From assembly GCF_963921235.1 (NCBI RefSeq), contig NC_086108.1, positions 92,072,001 through 92,136,000 on the forward strand: 64,000 nucleotides of DNA. The letters run 5' to 3'. Of this stretch, positions 41,124-52,870 are shown piece by piece. The stretch is from Mobula hypostoma. Its lineage: Eukaryota. The position numbers were made by a program, and so were the translations under genes. Position 1 is the stretch's first letter. Each line of letters begins with the position of its first letter. The notes under the pieces were generated by a model. It was not told the DNA's origin. It saw only the letters and a list, made by a program, of their open reading frames with translations, and ran no database searches.

Positions 41124-42003
41124 GGCTATGTCCACACTAGACCAGATAATTTTGAAAATGTCGATTCCACATAAAAACAATCGGCGTCCACATCAGGCGT
41201 TTTTGAAAATACCTCCGTCCACATTAGAACAGATTCTTGGGTGAGTCTCCTCCTACTGGGCATGTGCAGGACACGCAGAAAACAAGCAAAGAGGAAACAG
41301 TATACTTGGTGCGCATTTGTCCAGTTACAGACTAGAAAAACTTAAAAGGAAATTGCCAAACGAAAGACTTGGTGCGCGTTTGTCCAGAAATGTTTCCTAC
41401 AGCCATAGTCTCTTCAGTGATGAAAGGAACAACAGCTACAACTAAATGCAATAAGGCTTGTTACTGGGCAAAAGTGAAATTTGCTGTTACCTCATTTCTT
41501 TGCCTTTACTTTTGCCATGTCTTTGTGTATTATTTTGCTGTATTTAACATGTGCAATAAAACGAGTTACTGGGCAAAAGTGACAATTGCATCTATTGAAT
41601 GTTTGCACAAGCAATACATTAATAAAGCACCTGGTTAAATGTATAAAACATGTCTGCATCAGTGTTATCTTGTAGTTCCATACAATGTTACATTAGGCTG
41701 TTACACATCTATTGTCAGATATTGTTGTTGTGGTGTTGGAGGTTGCGTTCAAGAAAACAATGAAATACCGTGCTGTCGCCACCATTTGTTCCGGCACATC
41801 ATGACAGTGTTTTTAAAATTAGCCGGTTACCCCGTACACACTACAATGGCCAGCCGGCGTTTTCAGGTTTAAACACTCTGGGGAGTGTTTTAGAAAAACT
41901 CCATTTACGGGGGAGGAAAATGCCATTTCAGTGTGGACAGAGGGTCAAAACAAAGAGAAAACGCTTTGGTTACGGATTTATCCGGTCTAGTGTGGACGTA
42001 GCC
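41124..42003. mobile_element. PIF/Harbinger-like non-autonomous DNA transposon
   Basis: TIRs GGCTATGTCCACACTAGACCAGATAA / TTATCCGGTCTAGTGTGGACGTAGCC; TTA left and TAA right; internal short direct repeats. Confidence 0.82.
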
Positions 42004-42305
42004 TAAAATCCCTAGCACCTGGATTCAATGCTTTCCAGCCAGCAACTAGACCAAGCTCATCCAACATAGTTTTTACTGCTTTAGACTTCTTTCCCAGGTA
42101 ATTTATCCAAAGTCCTATTAAGAATACAGTTAAAGTCTCCTCCAACTATAACAGTACCTCTAGCTTCCCTGGCAAGTAATAAAGCTACTTCTTAAAAAAA
42201 GGTGGGGTTATCTTCATTCGGTGTATAGATGTTCATGATAGTAAACTCTTCACCACCCATCGAGCCCATAGTTAACACATACACTGTATCTATCTTGCTT
42301 GTCTT

Positions 42306-43143
42306 TAACAAGTGCTACACATGCCCTTACACTTCCTCCCTTACCACCATTCAGGGCCCCAGACAGTCCTTCCAGGTGAGGCAACACTTCACCTGTGAGT
42401 CGGCCGTTTTGCTGAACACCTACGCTCTGTCCGCCAGAGAAAGCAGGATCTTCCGCTATACTGTGTCCGGTGTTCCCGATGCGGCCTTCTATATATTGGC
42501 AAGACCCGACGCAGACTGGGAGATTGTTTCGCTGAACACCTATGCTCTGTCTGCCAGAGAAAGCAGGATCTCCCAGTGGCCACACATTTTAATTCCACAT
42601 CCCATTCCCATTCTGATATGTCTATCCACGGCCTCCTCTGCTGCGAAGATGAAGCCACACTCAGGTTGGAGGAACAACACCTTATATTCCATCTGGGTAG
42701 CCTCCAACTTGATGGCATGAACATTGACTTCTCAAACTTCCGCTAATGCCCCACCTCCCCCTTGTACCCCATCTGTTATTTATTTATTTATATACACACA
42801 TTCTTTTTCTCTCTCTCCTTTTTCTCCCTCTGTCCCTCTGACTATACCCCTTGCCCATCCTCTGGGTTTCCAACCCTCCCCCTTTTCCTTCTCCCTGGGC
42901 CTCCTGTCCCATGATCCTCTCATATCCCTTTTGCCAATCACCTGTCCAGCTCTTGGCTCCATCCCTCCCCCTCCTGTCTTCTCCTATCATTTTGGATCTC
43001 CCTCTCCCCCTCCCACTTTCAAATCTCTTACTAGCTCTTCCTTCAGTTAGTCCTGACGAAGGGTCTCGGCCTGAAACGTCGACTATACCTCTTCCTAGAG
43101 ATGCTGCCTGGCCTGCTGCGTTTACCAGCAACTTTGATGTGTG
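42306..43143 (+). mobile_element. Penelope-like element (GIY-YIG remnant + 3' end) nested in L1
   Basis: QGPRQSFQVRQHFTCES, RCSRCGLLYIGKTRRR; 11-bp TSD TTGCTTGTCTT (42295-42305/43144-43154). Confidence 0.9.
43048..43085 (+). ncRNA. Minimal hammerhead ribozyme motif (best-preserved copy)
   Basis: TAGTC-CTGACGA-AGGGTCTCGGCCT-GAAA-CG-TC/GACTA; stem I TAGTC:GACTA; predicted cleavage after C43080. Confidence 0.75.
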
Positions 43144-43596
43144 TTGCTTGTCTTCAACTTCTTTTTCCACCATGAAATAAAGTGATCTGTTAATTAATAG
43201 TTGCAACTCCTCTCTTTCTACTGTTAGGGCAATATGAATAATAGACTTGATCTATCCACTCGCTTTTTAATTTTTTGTGTCCTACGTCTCCTAAATGTGT
43301 TTCTTGTAATAGAGCTATAGAGCAATTAAGTTTTTTCAAATGAGTTATTATTTTTTTCCTTTTAACGTGGTGATTGATTTCATTAATATTATAACTAATC
43401 ATGTTCAAAGTGGCCACGATACAATATATCACTTAGTACATCATCAACCCCCTCCCACCTTCAACCAAACCTGGTATTTTTATAGTATAATAACTGAAAA
43501 ACTTGTGATTACCTGCCAATGCCTAGAGAACTATTTACAAAAGAATATAACTCATAAAACACAACAAAACCAAACAAGACTTCCAGAAACCCAGTG

Positions 43597-44175
43597 GGGT
43601 ACTGGTGAGACCTCATTTGGAATACTGTGTGTAGTTTTGGGCCCCCTATCTTAGAAGGGATGTACTGATGTTGGAGAGAGTTCAGAGAAGATTTACAAGG
43701 ATGATTCCTGGAATGCAGGGCTAACATATGATGAATGTTTGTCGGCTCTTGGACTGTATTCATTAGAGTATAGAAGAATGAGAGGGGATCTCATAGGAAT
43801 ATTTTGAATGTTAAAAGGGTTGGACAGAGTAGATGTAAAAAGGCTGTTTCCCTTGGTGGGTGAGTCCAGGACAAGAGGCCACAGTCTTAGAATTAGAGGG
43901 TACCCATTTAAAACAGAGATGAGGAGTTTTTTTAGCCAGAGGGTCGTGGATTTATGGAATTCGTTTCCACATACAGCTGTGGAGGCCGAATCATTGAGGG
44001 TGTTTAAGGAGGAGATTGATGGGTATCTAATTAGTCAGGGTATCAAGGGATATGGGGAAAAAGCCAGACATTGGAACTAGATCGGAGAATAGTTTAGCTC
44101 ATGGTGGAGTGGCGAAGCAGTCTCGATGGGCTGAATGGCCTACTTCTGCTCCTTTGTCTTGTGATCGTGTGGTCT
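43597..44175 (+). mobile_element. CR1 3' fragment nested between L1 ORF1 and ORF2
   Basis: LVRPHLEYCV, LKGLDRVDV, RTRGHSLRI, FFSQRVVDLWNS. Confidence 0.9.
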
Positions 44176-45983
44176 TTTAAAATTCCTGATAAAACAAATT
44201 ATTATAACTGCTTTTTCTCTTATCAAGACCAACCCCTGATAATAATTAGACAGTGAGTAATGACACCTGCTTCTCTCAGGAGAACACACACATGGTTCTA
44301 TCATAGCTACAAACCACAGAGAAAACTTATCCCCCGGTTGAGTTGTTGCCCTCCCTTGGCGATTCTTTTTCCTTTTCTGTCTGCTTAACAAAATTTTACT
44401 CGCCCTCCCCCCACCCCCCACGAAACTACATTGTATATCAAAATATGTCAGTTACGCTGGTAAATAGCTGTACATGTTGGCGAGGACAGTTAAATATTAC
44501 TCACAACCAGAAATTATTAATCAGTTCAATGAAGACGCCGTTCATAATACCTCCTTCTTTGAAAGAAAAACTATAATCGTCCTCTTCTTATGTGAGGAAA
44601 GCTTTCATGTCTGCCTCCTCCTCGCCCCCTCTGCTGCTCCTACCATACCTCGCTGATGAGTTGCGGCTCCAGCTTCTCCCTCCCACTCACCGGCATGGAG
44701 ATGCCCAGGTTGTTCAGTGTGGGTAAAGCTTCAATCAAGGAAGGAAAGGTCTTCACTCCAGCATCCAAGTGTATTCTCAGCTGCGCTGGGAAGCGACAAC
44801 TTGCCTGCGCACTTTTCCCCTTTAGCTGTTTGATCATGGCACGGACTCCTGCTCTTCTTTTCTGGACCTCAGGAGAGCAGTCCAGATCAAATTAGATGAC
44901 TGAGACACTGAAGTTGGGCAAATACCAGTTTCTTTTTTAGGATCTGGTGGAGATTGTTCCTGGAGAGTCCCACTGGGATCTTTGTGCAATCATCTTTTAT
45001 TTCTGCTTTCTCAATGTATGATTGAAGGATATGAGTAGACTAAAGGCCAACTCTCTGCTGTTTGGTAGGACTCGCTGTAGAGTGGATTTCTACTTACCCT
45101 TGCCAATCATCATTGAGTGCAACCAAAACCTCAACAACAATGATGAAATCCCATCTCCTGAAGCTGCATGCAGCGATTCACATCTTAAGCTAACAAAATT
45201 CCTCCCCCTTCCCTCCACTTGACTCTTCTGCTGCGATTCTCCTGTTGTTTGGCAGAGATAGAGTCACTATCAAGGACGCTACAACTCATTTTCTCAGCAG
45301 TGTTTATTTATTTGTTAGTTTGTTATTAATTAATTGGGTTTTTTTTGTATTGGCATAGCTTGTCTCCTTTTTCACATTGGTTGTTTGTCCTTTGTTTGTA
45401 TGTAGTTTTTCACTGATTCTATTGTATTTCTTTGTTCTGCTGTGAATGCCTGCAATAAAATGAAGCTCAGGATAGTATATGGTGACGTATACCTACCTGG
45501 ATAATAAATTCACTTTGAACTTCGCATTTTCACTCCGACAGGCTTCTGCTGCATTAAACTCTCAGTGCCAGCCATACGATTCCCTTGTTTGCCTTACCCT
45601 GCCCTGCCTGCAACTGTTCATCCAGGGGCCTTAAGATTTGGTAGTCCCATCCTTTACCTTGTGGAAACATGTTACCCTGACCAGCTTGAATTTCCTTCTT
45701 AACTGTCTTTCATTGAACTGAAACCCACTGCTGATTCCAGTTCAATTTTACCAAGTCATTTCTTAGCCTCTTGAATTAGACTACCCCTACTCTGACCACT
45801 TTACCTATTGTATACTTGCCCCTTTGCAAAACCTAAGTAAATTTTGATTCCTGTCACAATGATATTCTCCTGTTGACACTTTTTCCAACCACCTAAACTC
45901 ATTTCCTAAGACTCAATCCGAACATGTTTGCAAGGTATGTCAGCAAGTATTGGGACACATTCCCTAGATACTTAGATGACATA

Positions 45984-46495
45984 CTGGTATGGAAGTTGTC
46001 CTGTTCAAGGCCAGAAGAAGCTGCAGAAGATCATGAACACGGCGCAGCACATCACACAAACAAATCTTCCGTCCTTGGACTCACTTTATACCACACGCTG
46101 TCGGAGCAGTGCTGCCAGGATAATCAAGGACACGACCCACCCAGCCAACACACTTTTCGTCCCTCTTCCCTTTGGAAGAAGGGTCAGGAGCTTGAAGACT
46201 CGTATGGCCAGATTTAGGAACAGCTTCTTTCCAACTGTGATAAGACTGCTGAACAGATTCTGACCTGGATCTGGGCCGTACCCTCGAAATATCCAGACCT
46301 GCCTCCCGGTTTTTTTTGCACTACCTTACTTTCCATTTTTCTATTTTCTATTTATGATTTATAATTTAAATTTTTAATATTTACTATCGATTTTTAATCC
46401 AGGGAGCAGGAAGCGCAGAATGAAATATCACTGTGATGATTGTACGTTCTAGTATCAAGTGTTTGGCGACAATAAAGTAGAAAGTAGAAAGTATA
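45984..46495 (+). mobile_element. Rex1/Babar-like LINE 3' end
   Basis: WYGSC..KKLQKI.NTAQHIT, HPANTLFVPLP.GRR, RFRNSFFPTVIRLLN; AATAAA and AAAGTAG tail. Confidence 0.85.
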
Positions 46496-46499
46496 AGAT

Positions 46500-47300
46500 A
46501 CATCCTAGGATGCACTTGGACACATGATCAGTGATATAACCTGGACCATCGAGTATTACGGGCCTTGCAACATCAGACACCCTCACCCACGTAAACCAGC
46601 CAGGGCTGATCAGGCCCTGGCTTGAGTCTCGGCAGCATTTGTCCAGGGGCCAGATCACACCCCTGAATCCAAAACTATCTGAAGGCTCGCTCAGTGGCCT
46701 CCACAAAAGTCCTGGTGGCTCTTTTCCTTGCGGCCCCTGTAATGCCAAGGAGAGAGTAGGTTCTGCACAACAAGCAGCTACCAAAACCTCTGCACCCTCC
46801 TCTACAGGTTTGCACCACCTGTCCACACCTATCTCTGGCACTACTCCTCCAGCTCCAGGTACTTGGCTTTATTATGCTCCAGCACCTCCCCAAACAGTCT
46901 TCCCAAGGAAATGCCAGCTCTACCATGACCACCTGCTTTGAGGTTTCTGACAAAGTAACCAAGCCAAGACTCAGTGATGATAATGTGATGAAGTCAAGGA
47001 ACTTTTAATTGACTTTCAGTTGCCAGTCAGATGCTGTGCCGAGCTTGCCTGCTGGTGATCTGGGCTGAGGCTGTGGCTGGTCTCCAGCCTGGACAAAGGT
47101 AATTGGTTTTCTGGGATGGCGGAGCTGCCTACTGCTGTTAATGGCCAGCGAGTTACTTTCTGCCATTGCCTTCAGCACCTGGTCATGGCGCCAGCAGTAG
47201 CATCCTTCTCCCAAGGCTTTTGGGCAGCTGCTGAGGATGATTCCCGAGCCCCTCTGCCAGGACAGAGAGGACATGGTGGTGTTAAGTGCTGCCTTAATAA
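46500..47300 (-). mobile_element. Hero-like (R2 group, restriction-like endonuclease) non-LTR 3' end, degenerate
   Basis: ILSSCPKALGEG.Y.WRHDQVLKA, ASDWQLKV, SETSKQVVMVELAFPWED, LLGITGAARKRA. Confidence 0.82.
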
Positions 47301-48435
47301 TGGTCAGTCACTCTCACCTCACCTCTGGAATGCAGCTCTATCAGTTATGCTTAGGTCATATCTATGATGAGTTCTGGAGACAAGCGGTCTTGGCAAAACT
47401 CAGATCATTACTGCTTGTCAATCTTCTGACAATGAAATAGATATCCTGGGCTAAATCTCCCATGAATTATATGATAAATAAGCTGTGCTAGCTTTGTGAA
47501 GTATGAACACGATTTTAATGTCTTCCTTATGCACACTGTCTGTTTAATTTTAGGCAGGATTTGCTAGATCATTAGTAGATTGCAGTTTGCAGACAAAGTG
47601 TTGCTGAGGGTCAGAATTAGCTCATTAAAAACACAGCATCTTCTGCACCGTGGTTAAAACTGCTGTTTACAGCAGGGGGGTTAGAATGACATGCAGCCAG
47701 CTTTCGATTTCTCCACAGTTTTCACAGAACAGCCGGATTCACGTTACCAGCGATGAACATTGAAACAAACCTTTTCTTTCGTGCAGCCCACTTGTACTTT
47801 GCTAAATCAGGGAGAAAAGCAATTCTGTCTGGTATGTATCTGACCAGCATCTCAACGCTGTGCGAGCTGACCAGAGCCAATCAACTGCAAATTTGACATA
47901 GAGATCCTTCAATGTGTAGGAGTACCTCAGAAAACCTTTGTTGTTGTCGTTCCTTTTCATGGCATTTGCATTTGTATTAGCATTTGACTGTTATTTTTAC
48001 AAGGCTGAGTTACTAATCCAGCACGGATGGAAAGTATGCAAGGAGCCAGCAGGATTTGAACTTCCGACCATCCACTTCAAAGTCCAGTGCTGATGCCACT
48101 ACACCATCAGAAAACATTTATATTATCTTAAAACCTGGTCCAAATGGGCATATCCTGTTTGCAATTATAATAATGCACTACATCTTTTAAGGTTAGCTTT
48201 GTATGTCCCATGTACCTCAAAACATACAGTGGAATGCATCATTTGCATCAAATCAAATCAGCAAAGATTGTGCTGGGCGGCCTGCAAGTATCACCACACT
48301 TCTGGCACTAACATAGCGTGCCCACAAGTCACTAACCCTAATCCTACGTGTTGAGAAATTGTGCGAGGAAACCAGGGCACCCTGAGGTAACCTATGTAGT
48401 CACGGGAAGACCGTGCAAACTCTTTACAGACAGCA

Positions 48436-49295
48436 AGCAAGAGAAAATCTGCAGATGCTGGAAATCCAAGCAACACACACAAAACGCTGCAGGAACTCTG
48501 CAGGCCAGGCAGCATCTATGGAAAAAGAGGGGAGGAGAAGATAGCGACGCGACGCAGCACACACGGCCGCTCTGAAATGATATCATATTTGTGAAGTAGG
48601 TACCATGTACAATCCTGATTTGATGGAGACAGACGTGAGAAGCACAAAGGAACATCTGGAGAAACTTCTGAAATGCCCGGTTCGCTGCCGCTGCTACTGT
48701 GCAATCGAGAATCTCCAGAGGGGAAGGCCCCAGATCCTCGGCTTTGCCTGTTGCCTGTTGCCGGGGTCAAAGCATTCGGCAGAGATGGTGCTCGGTGCTC
48801 AGTATCGGAGGCTCAAAGTTTTCGGACAGATTCAAGAGTCATCTGTGGTCAGGTGCTTCCAGGGTGCTGCATCGGCAAGTTTGCGGTGCTGGGAGCTCAT
48901 GGCAGGGAAAGTTTTTCTTCCTTCTACCGTCTACGTGAGGTGATGGGACTTTCAAGAGACTTTGAGACTTTTTTTTTACTGTGCCCATGGTCTGTTCGTT
49001 ATCAAATTACGGTATTGCTTTGCACTGTTGTTACTATACGTTATAATTATATGGTTTTTGTCAGTTTTTCAGCCTTGATTTGTCTTGTTTTCTGTGCTAT
49101 TATTCTGGAGGAACATTGCATCATTTCTTAATGCATGCATTACTAAATGACAATAAAAGAGGACTACATGTCGTCAATCTGAAAATCTAATCTTAAAAAA
49201 GTACAGTCGAACTTTCAGCCCAAAACATCAACTGTACTTTTTTCCATAGATGCTGCCTGGCCTGCTGAGTTCCTCCAGCATGTTGTGTGTGTTTT
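48436..49295. mobile_element. Palindromic Penelope-derived element, itself interrupted
   Basis: Inverted GCAGCATCTATGGAAAA / TTTTCCATAGATGCTGC arms; 15-bp TSD TCTTTACAGACAGCA (48421-48435/49296-49310). Confidence 0.8.
48530..49193 (+). mobile_element. Non-autonomous LINE-derived element (CpG-rich head, AATCT tail)
   Basis: Interrupts the palindrome; GAAGATAGCG head, AATAAA and (AATCT)n end; candidate TSD AAAAAG. Confidence 0.65.
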
Positions 49296-49626
49296 TCTTT
49301 ACAGACAGCAGCAGGAATCGAACACCCATCTTACAGCTGGCGAGTGCACGAACCAACATACTACCATGCCACCCCATCTTCCTACAGACCACATCTTACT
49401 TCAATCAGAGATTTCATTAATCCTTTTGTTTCTTTCTGCATGCAATCTATCTGCTTTTGGACATTGTGTGGGAACAATAAATTGTACTATTGTCTAATTC
49501 TAGTAATTAAGGCAAGAACACTTAAAGAGATGAATTCCTGAAACAGTGACTGCCCATATAAGCGAGATCAAGTCCACTAATTATTTTTTAATCACCAGAG
49601 TTTGGAAGAGTGAGAAGGATCTAATT

Positions 49627-49705
49627 CAGGGCTTTCCAATCTGGGGTCCATGAACCCCTTGCATAATAGTATTGGTCCATAGCATAAAAAGGTTGGGAAC
49701 CCCTA
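49627..49705. mobile_element. 79-bp hAT (Charlie-like) MITE inside a CR1 remnant
   Basis: CAGGGCTTTCCAA / TTGGGAACCCCTA TIRs; 8-bp TSD ATCT(A/G)ATT. Confidence 0.78.
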
Positions 49706-50989
49706 ATCTGATTGAAACTTGTAAAATTCTAGACAGACTGGATTCAAGGAATTTGTTTTCCTTAGATTGTCTAAAATGAGAGGTCACAATCTCAGACTAC
49801 AGGCAATACATTTCAAACTGAAATGATGGGAAATTTGTTCATAGGGTCTGGTGAACTTGTGGAATCTGCTATTACAGCAGGATGCAGAAGTTAAGTCAAT
49901 TATTATTTTTATGGAGATAGATGAATTTCTAGACATTTAGCCTTCAAAGTGTATGAGGAGAGAGCACGAATATAGTATAGAGAATCAGCCAATGATCACA
50001 GTGAAGGACAAAGCAGGCTCCTATATTTTTATGTTTGCAAATAAAAATACATTTATAATAACAAAGGAGAAACATCTTCAGCTGTTTTTCCCTGAGCTGG
50101 GAAGGATGGGGGCAGGGTGGTTGTGAGGGAAGCTGGTTATAGATAACAAAATTCTTCTGACTCCCAAAGACAAGCTGCTGAGAGTTTTCTTTCCGCAGGC
50201 AGCTTGTGAGATTGTGGATATGAAACTGGCCAGTGATGCAGATCCTGCAACCAATACTGCAGGTGTACTCTGTAGGTGGTTTTTCTTCCCTATCAGACTG
50301 TCGAGTAACTAGAAACAAATTAATGCTGCAATTAACTACTCCAGATCGAAGAGGCAGAATAATAGTTTGGCATGGGCTAACTGGGCCAAAAGGCCTGTTT
50401 CTGTGCAGTTGTGCTCTATGTCTCTGTGACTTTAAATGCAGAAATCCAGAATTCAGCAGGCTCCTAATGACTCTTGGAAGGCAATTGTCCCACCGTCCGA
50501 CAAACTCCCAGTCAATTGACTCCAACGGAGGAAAAAATAATGGCGTAACTAGTGGTCGGGCAAGTTATTCAGTCCCAACTACGGCAGTATGGAAAGCCGG
50601 GGAAAGGTGCCCCAGCACTGGGAGCAGGGAGCAGTGGCCCATCAGACTGAGTGGATCCTGGCAAAGCTGGGTCATAGTAGAGGTAGAGTTTAAAGACCTG
50701 ATTAGTTTAGTCTGTCACACGCACATCAAAACATCAGAAATGCATGATTTTGTGTCAAATCAAATCAGCAAGAATTGTGCCAATTGCCCACAACTCACTA
50801 ACCCTAATTTGGACTATGGGAAGAAACCAGGGGAAGCACAGTCGGTTTGAGGAGGAGCAAGATCCCAAAGAGGTGCAAGGTCCTGGTTGCCATGGTGGTG
50901 GGATTGGTGATCTCGAGGATGCAGCTCACCAGAGAGATTATCTGACAATGTCAGGAGGAGTGAGGGACATGTGGAATTTGTGAATTAGG

Positions 50990-51905
50990 TTGGAGCCCAT
51001 TGCCATACAATCTGCTCACACATGACTGTACAGCCAAACACATTCCCAAGTTTGCCAATGATATGACAATGGTGGAGCTCATCACCAACAACGATGAGAC
51101 GTACTGCAGGGAGGAGGTGGAAGAGCTTGAAGCCTGGTGCCAGGCAAATAACCTCTTCCTCAATGCCAACAAGACAAAGAAGATGGTTATTGCTTTCAGG
51201 AGAACTTGCACTACTCTTTATATCGGCGGCACAGGAGTGGAAACCGTGAGCAGTTTCAAACTCCTGGGGTACCCATCTCTCACAACCTCTCTTGGTCCCA
51301 GACAGATTCTACACAATCAGGAAAGGTCACCGATCCCTCTGCAATCTGAGGAGGCTGAAGCGTACTGGATTATGCACATCTATACCCACAGTATCCCACA
51401 GATGCACAATGGCATCCTAACAAGTGTCATTACAGCATGGTATGGAAACTACACTGCAGCAGACAGTCAGAACTGCCCAATGCCTCACCTGCACCAGCCT
51501 ACTCACCATCAAGAAAGGTGCCAGAAAAGGACCAGTAACATCATGAACGTTCCCACCCACCCTGTTGAAGAATTGTTTGTCCCGCTCCCATCAGGTAGGA
51601 GGCTACACTGCATCCACATCAGGACCGGCAGACTCAAACTCAGTTACTTTCCCGAAGCAGTAAGGCTGATCAACACCTCCACCCGCTAACTCACCTCTTC
51701 ACACCCTCCCCCACCACCACCACTTTATCATTTCCTGTCAGTCACCTTATGTACAGATACTCCTGTGCCTAGTGTCACTTAATGAACACACAGTCTATGT
51801 ACATAAGCTGTCTTAAGTGTTTATATTTATTTTGTTTTTTATTATTATTGTGTTCCTTATTGTGGTTTTTAACGTGCTGCAATAGATCCAGAGTAACAAT
51901 TAGTT
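50990..51905 (+). mobile_element. Rex1/Babar-like LINE fragment
   Basis: YNLLTHDC, KFANDMT, YCREEVEEL.AWC..NNL.LN..KTK, LFVPLPSGRR. Confidence 0.88.
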
Positions 51906-52127
51906 ACTTTGCAATATAATAAGTCATTGTTCTAACCTTTGGAGGTAACGCATTTACTCTTCCAAACTTTGCAGAGCTTCCCATTCTGTTCGCAGTGATC
52001 TTGGCTTTCCCAAAAGATGACGCTGGTGCACTGACTATATGATCAAGTACTGGAAGTGACCGAGCCAATTAGTCAACTTGCAGTCTGATACTTCCCTTCA
52101 AAATGATGTTAAAAATGATTTTGATAT

Positions 52128-52870
52128 GCAGTGGATTCTGGTTAATTGGACCATTGGTTAATCAAGGCAGCCACTTACTTGGGAAAACTCTTAAAGAACA
52201 AAAACTAATGAAGAAATTAGACTTTGTTTATTTCCCTTTGTATATTTGGAATACAATGACTCTTAATTGGGATAGGAGACTGCTGCCAAACAGTATCTAA
52301 CTAACATCAGTCGCATACGCTTGCATGGCCGTTAGACACTACACCGTGCTTAGAGTGAACAGGTCAGTTGCGTGTGTTTGTGTTCAAAGAGCAGTGGATT
52401 TTTGTCACTGATAGTTGGAGAGAAATAACCAGTAAGACAATTCAAAACTGCTTTGCTCACTACAGTTTCAAACATTCAGGCTTTGTGATGCCAGAAACTG
52501 TCCGGAGTGAAAATGAAACGATTTCACTACTTCAGCAAATTAGAAACTATAAAGAATTTGAAGGTATCCACAATATTCTTGAATTTTACAATGAAGATTT
52601 AGAGGATGCAATTATCAAAAGCCTTGCATGAAGGCTGTCCATTATCTGCATTAGGAGTCCTGCGCTGGCTTTGTTCATTTATAGTCAATCAAAATAACAC
52701 AACAGCGTATCCTGGATGAATTCCTTTATCGATAACTATTAGGAATTAATACACAGTTTAATAGTACTGTAGAGGTATTGGTAGTGTTCTAACTCATTCT
52801 GAATTTCATTTAAATACGTAACTTGTTACTCAGTTAAAATTAGTTTGTCTTTTTATTTTTTATCCACTTT
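52128..52870 (+). mobile_element. Tigger/pogo-like deletion derivative
   Basis: CAGTGGATTCTGGTTAATTGG start; SWREITSKTIQNCF resembles pogo transposase C-terminus. Confidence 0.6.

Larger units (their letters stand above)
39645..44890 (-). mobile_element. L1-clade LINE, fragmented (ORF1 C-terminus, ORF2 EN and RT) with three nested insertions
   Basis: ORF1 FDLDCSPEVQKRRA..IKQLK..FPAQLRI; EN ISYNI..LLQETHL, SDHAPV; LWEGAKAVIRG; RT RGTRQG..LSPILFALSIEPLA. Confidence 0.92.
48190..49375 (-). mobile_element. Old SINE hosting two nested insertions
   Basis: Resembles other old SINE copies (~4980-5730, 17690-17910, 34020-34330, 50690-50840). Confidence 0.6.

Noticed and set aside
41305..41583. Short spaced direct repeats (CRISPR-like?)
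   Set aside because: Only two copies each, inside a MITE, in eukaryotic DNA without cas genes
50233..50850. 205-aa ORF and overlapping 193-aa minus ORF; weak exon candidate 50199-50262
   Set aside because: ORFs run across repeat fragments, no recognisable domain, poor splice donor
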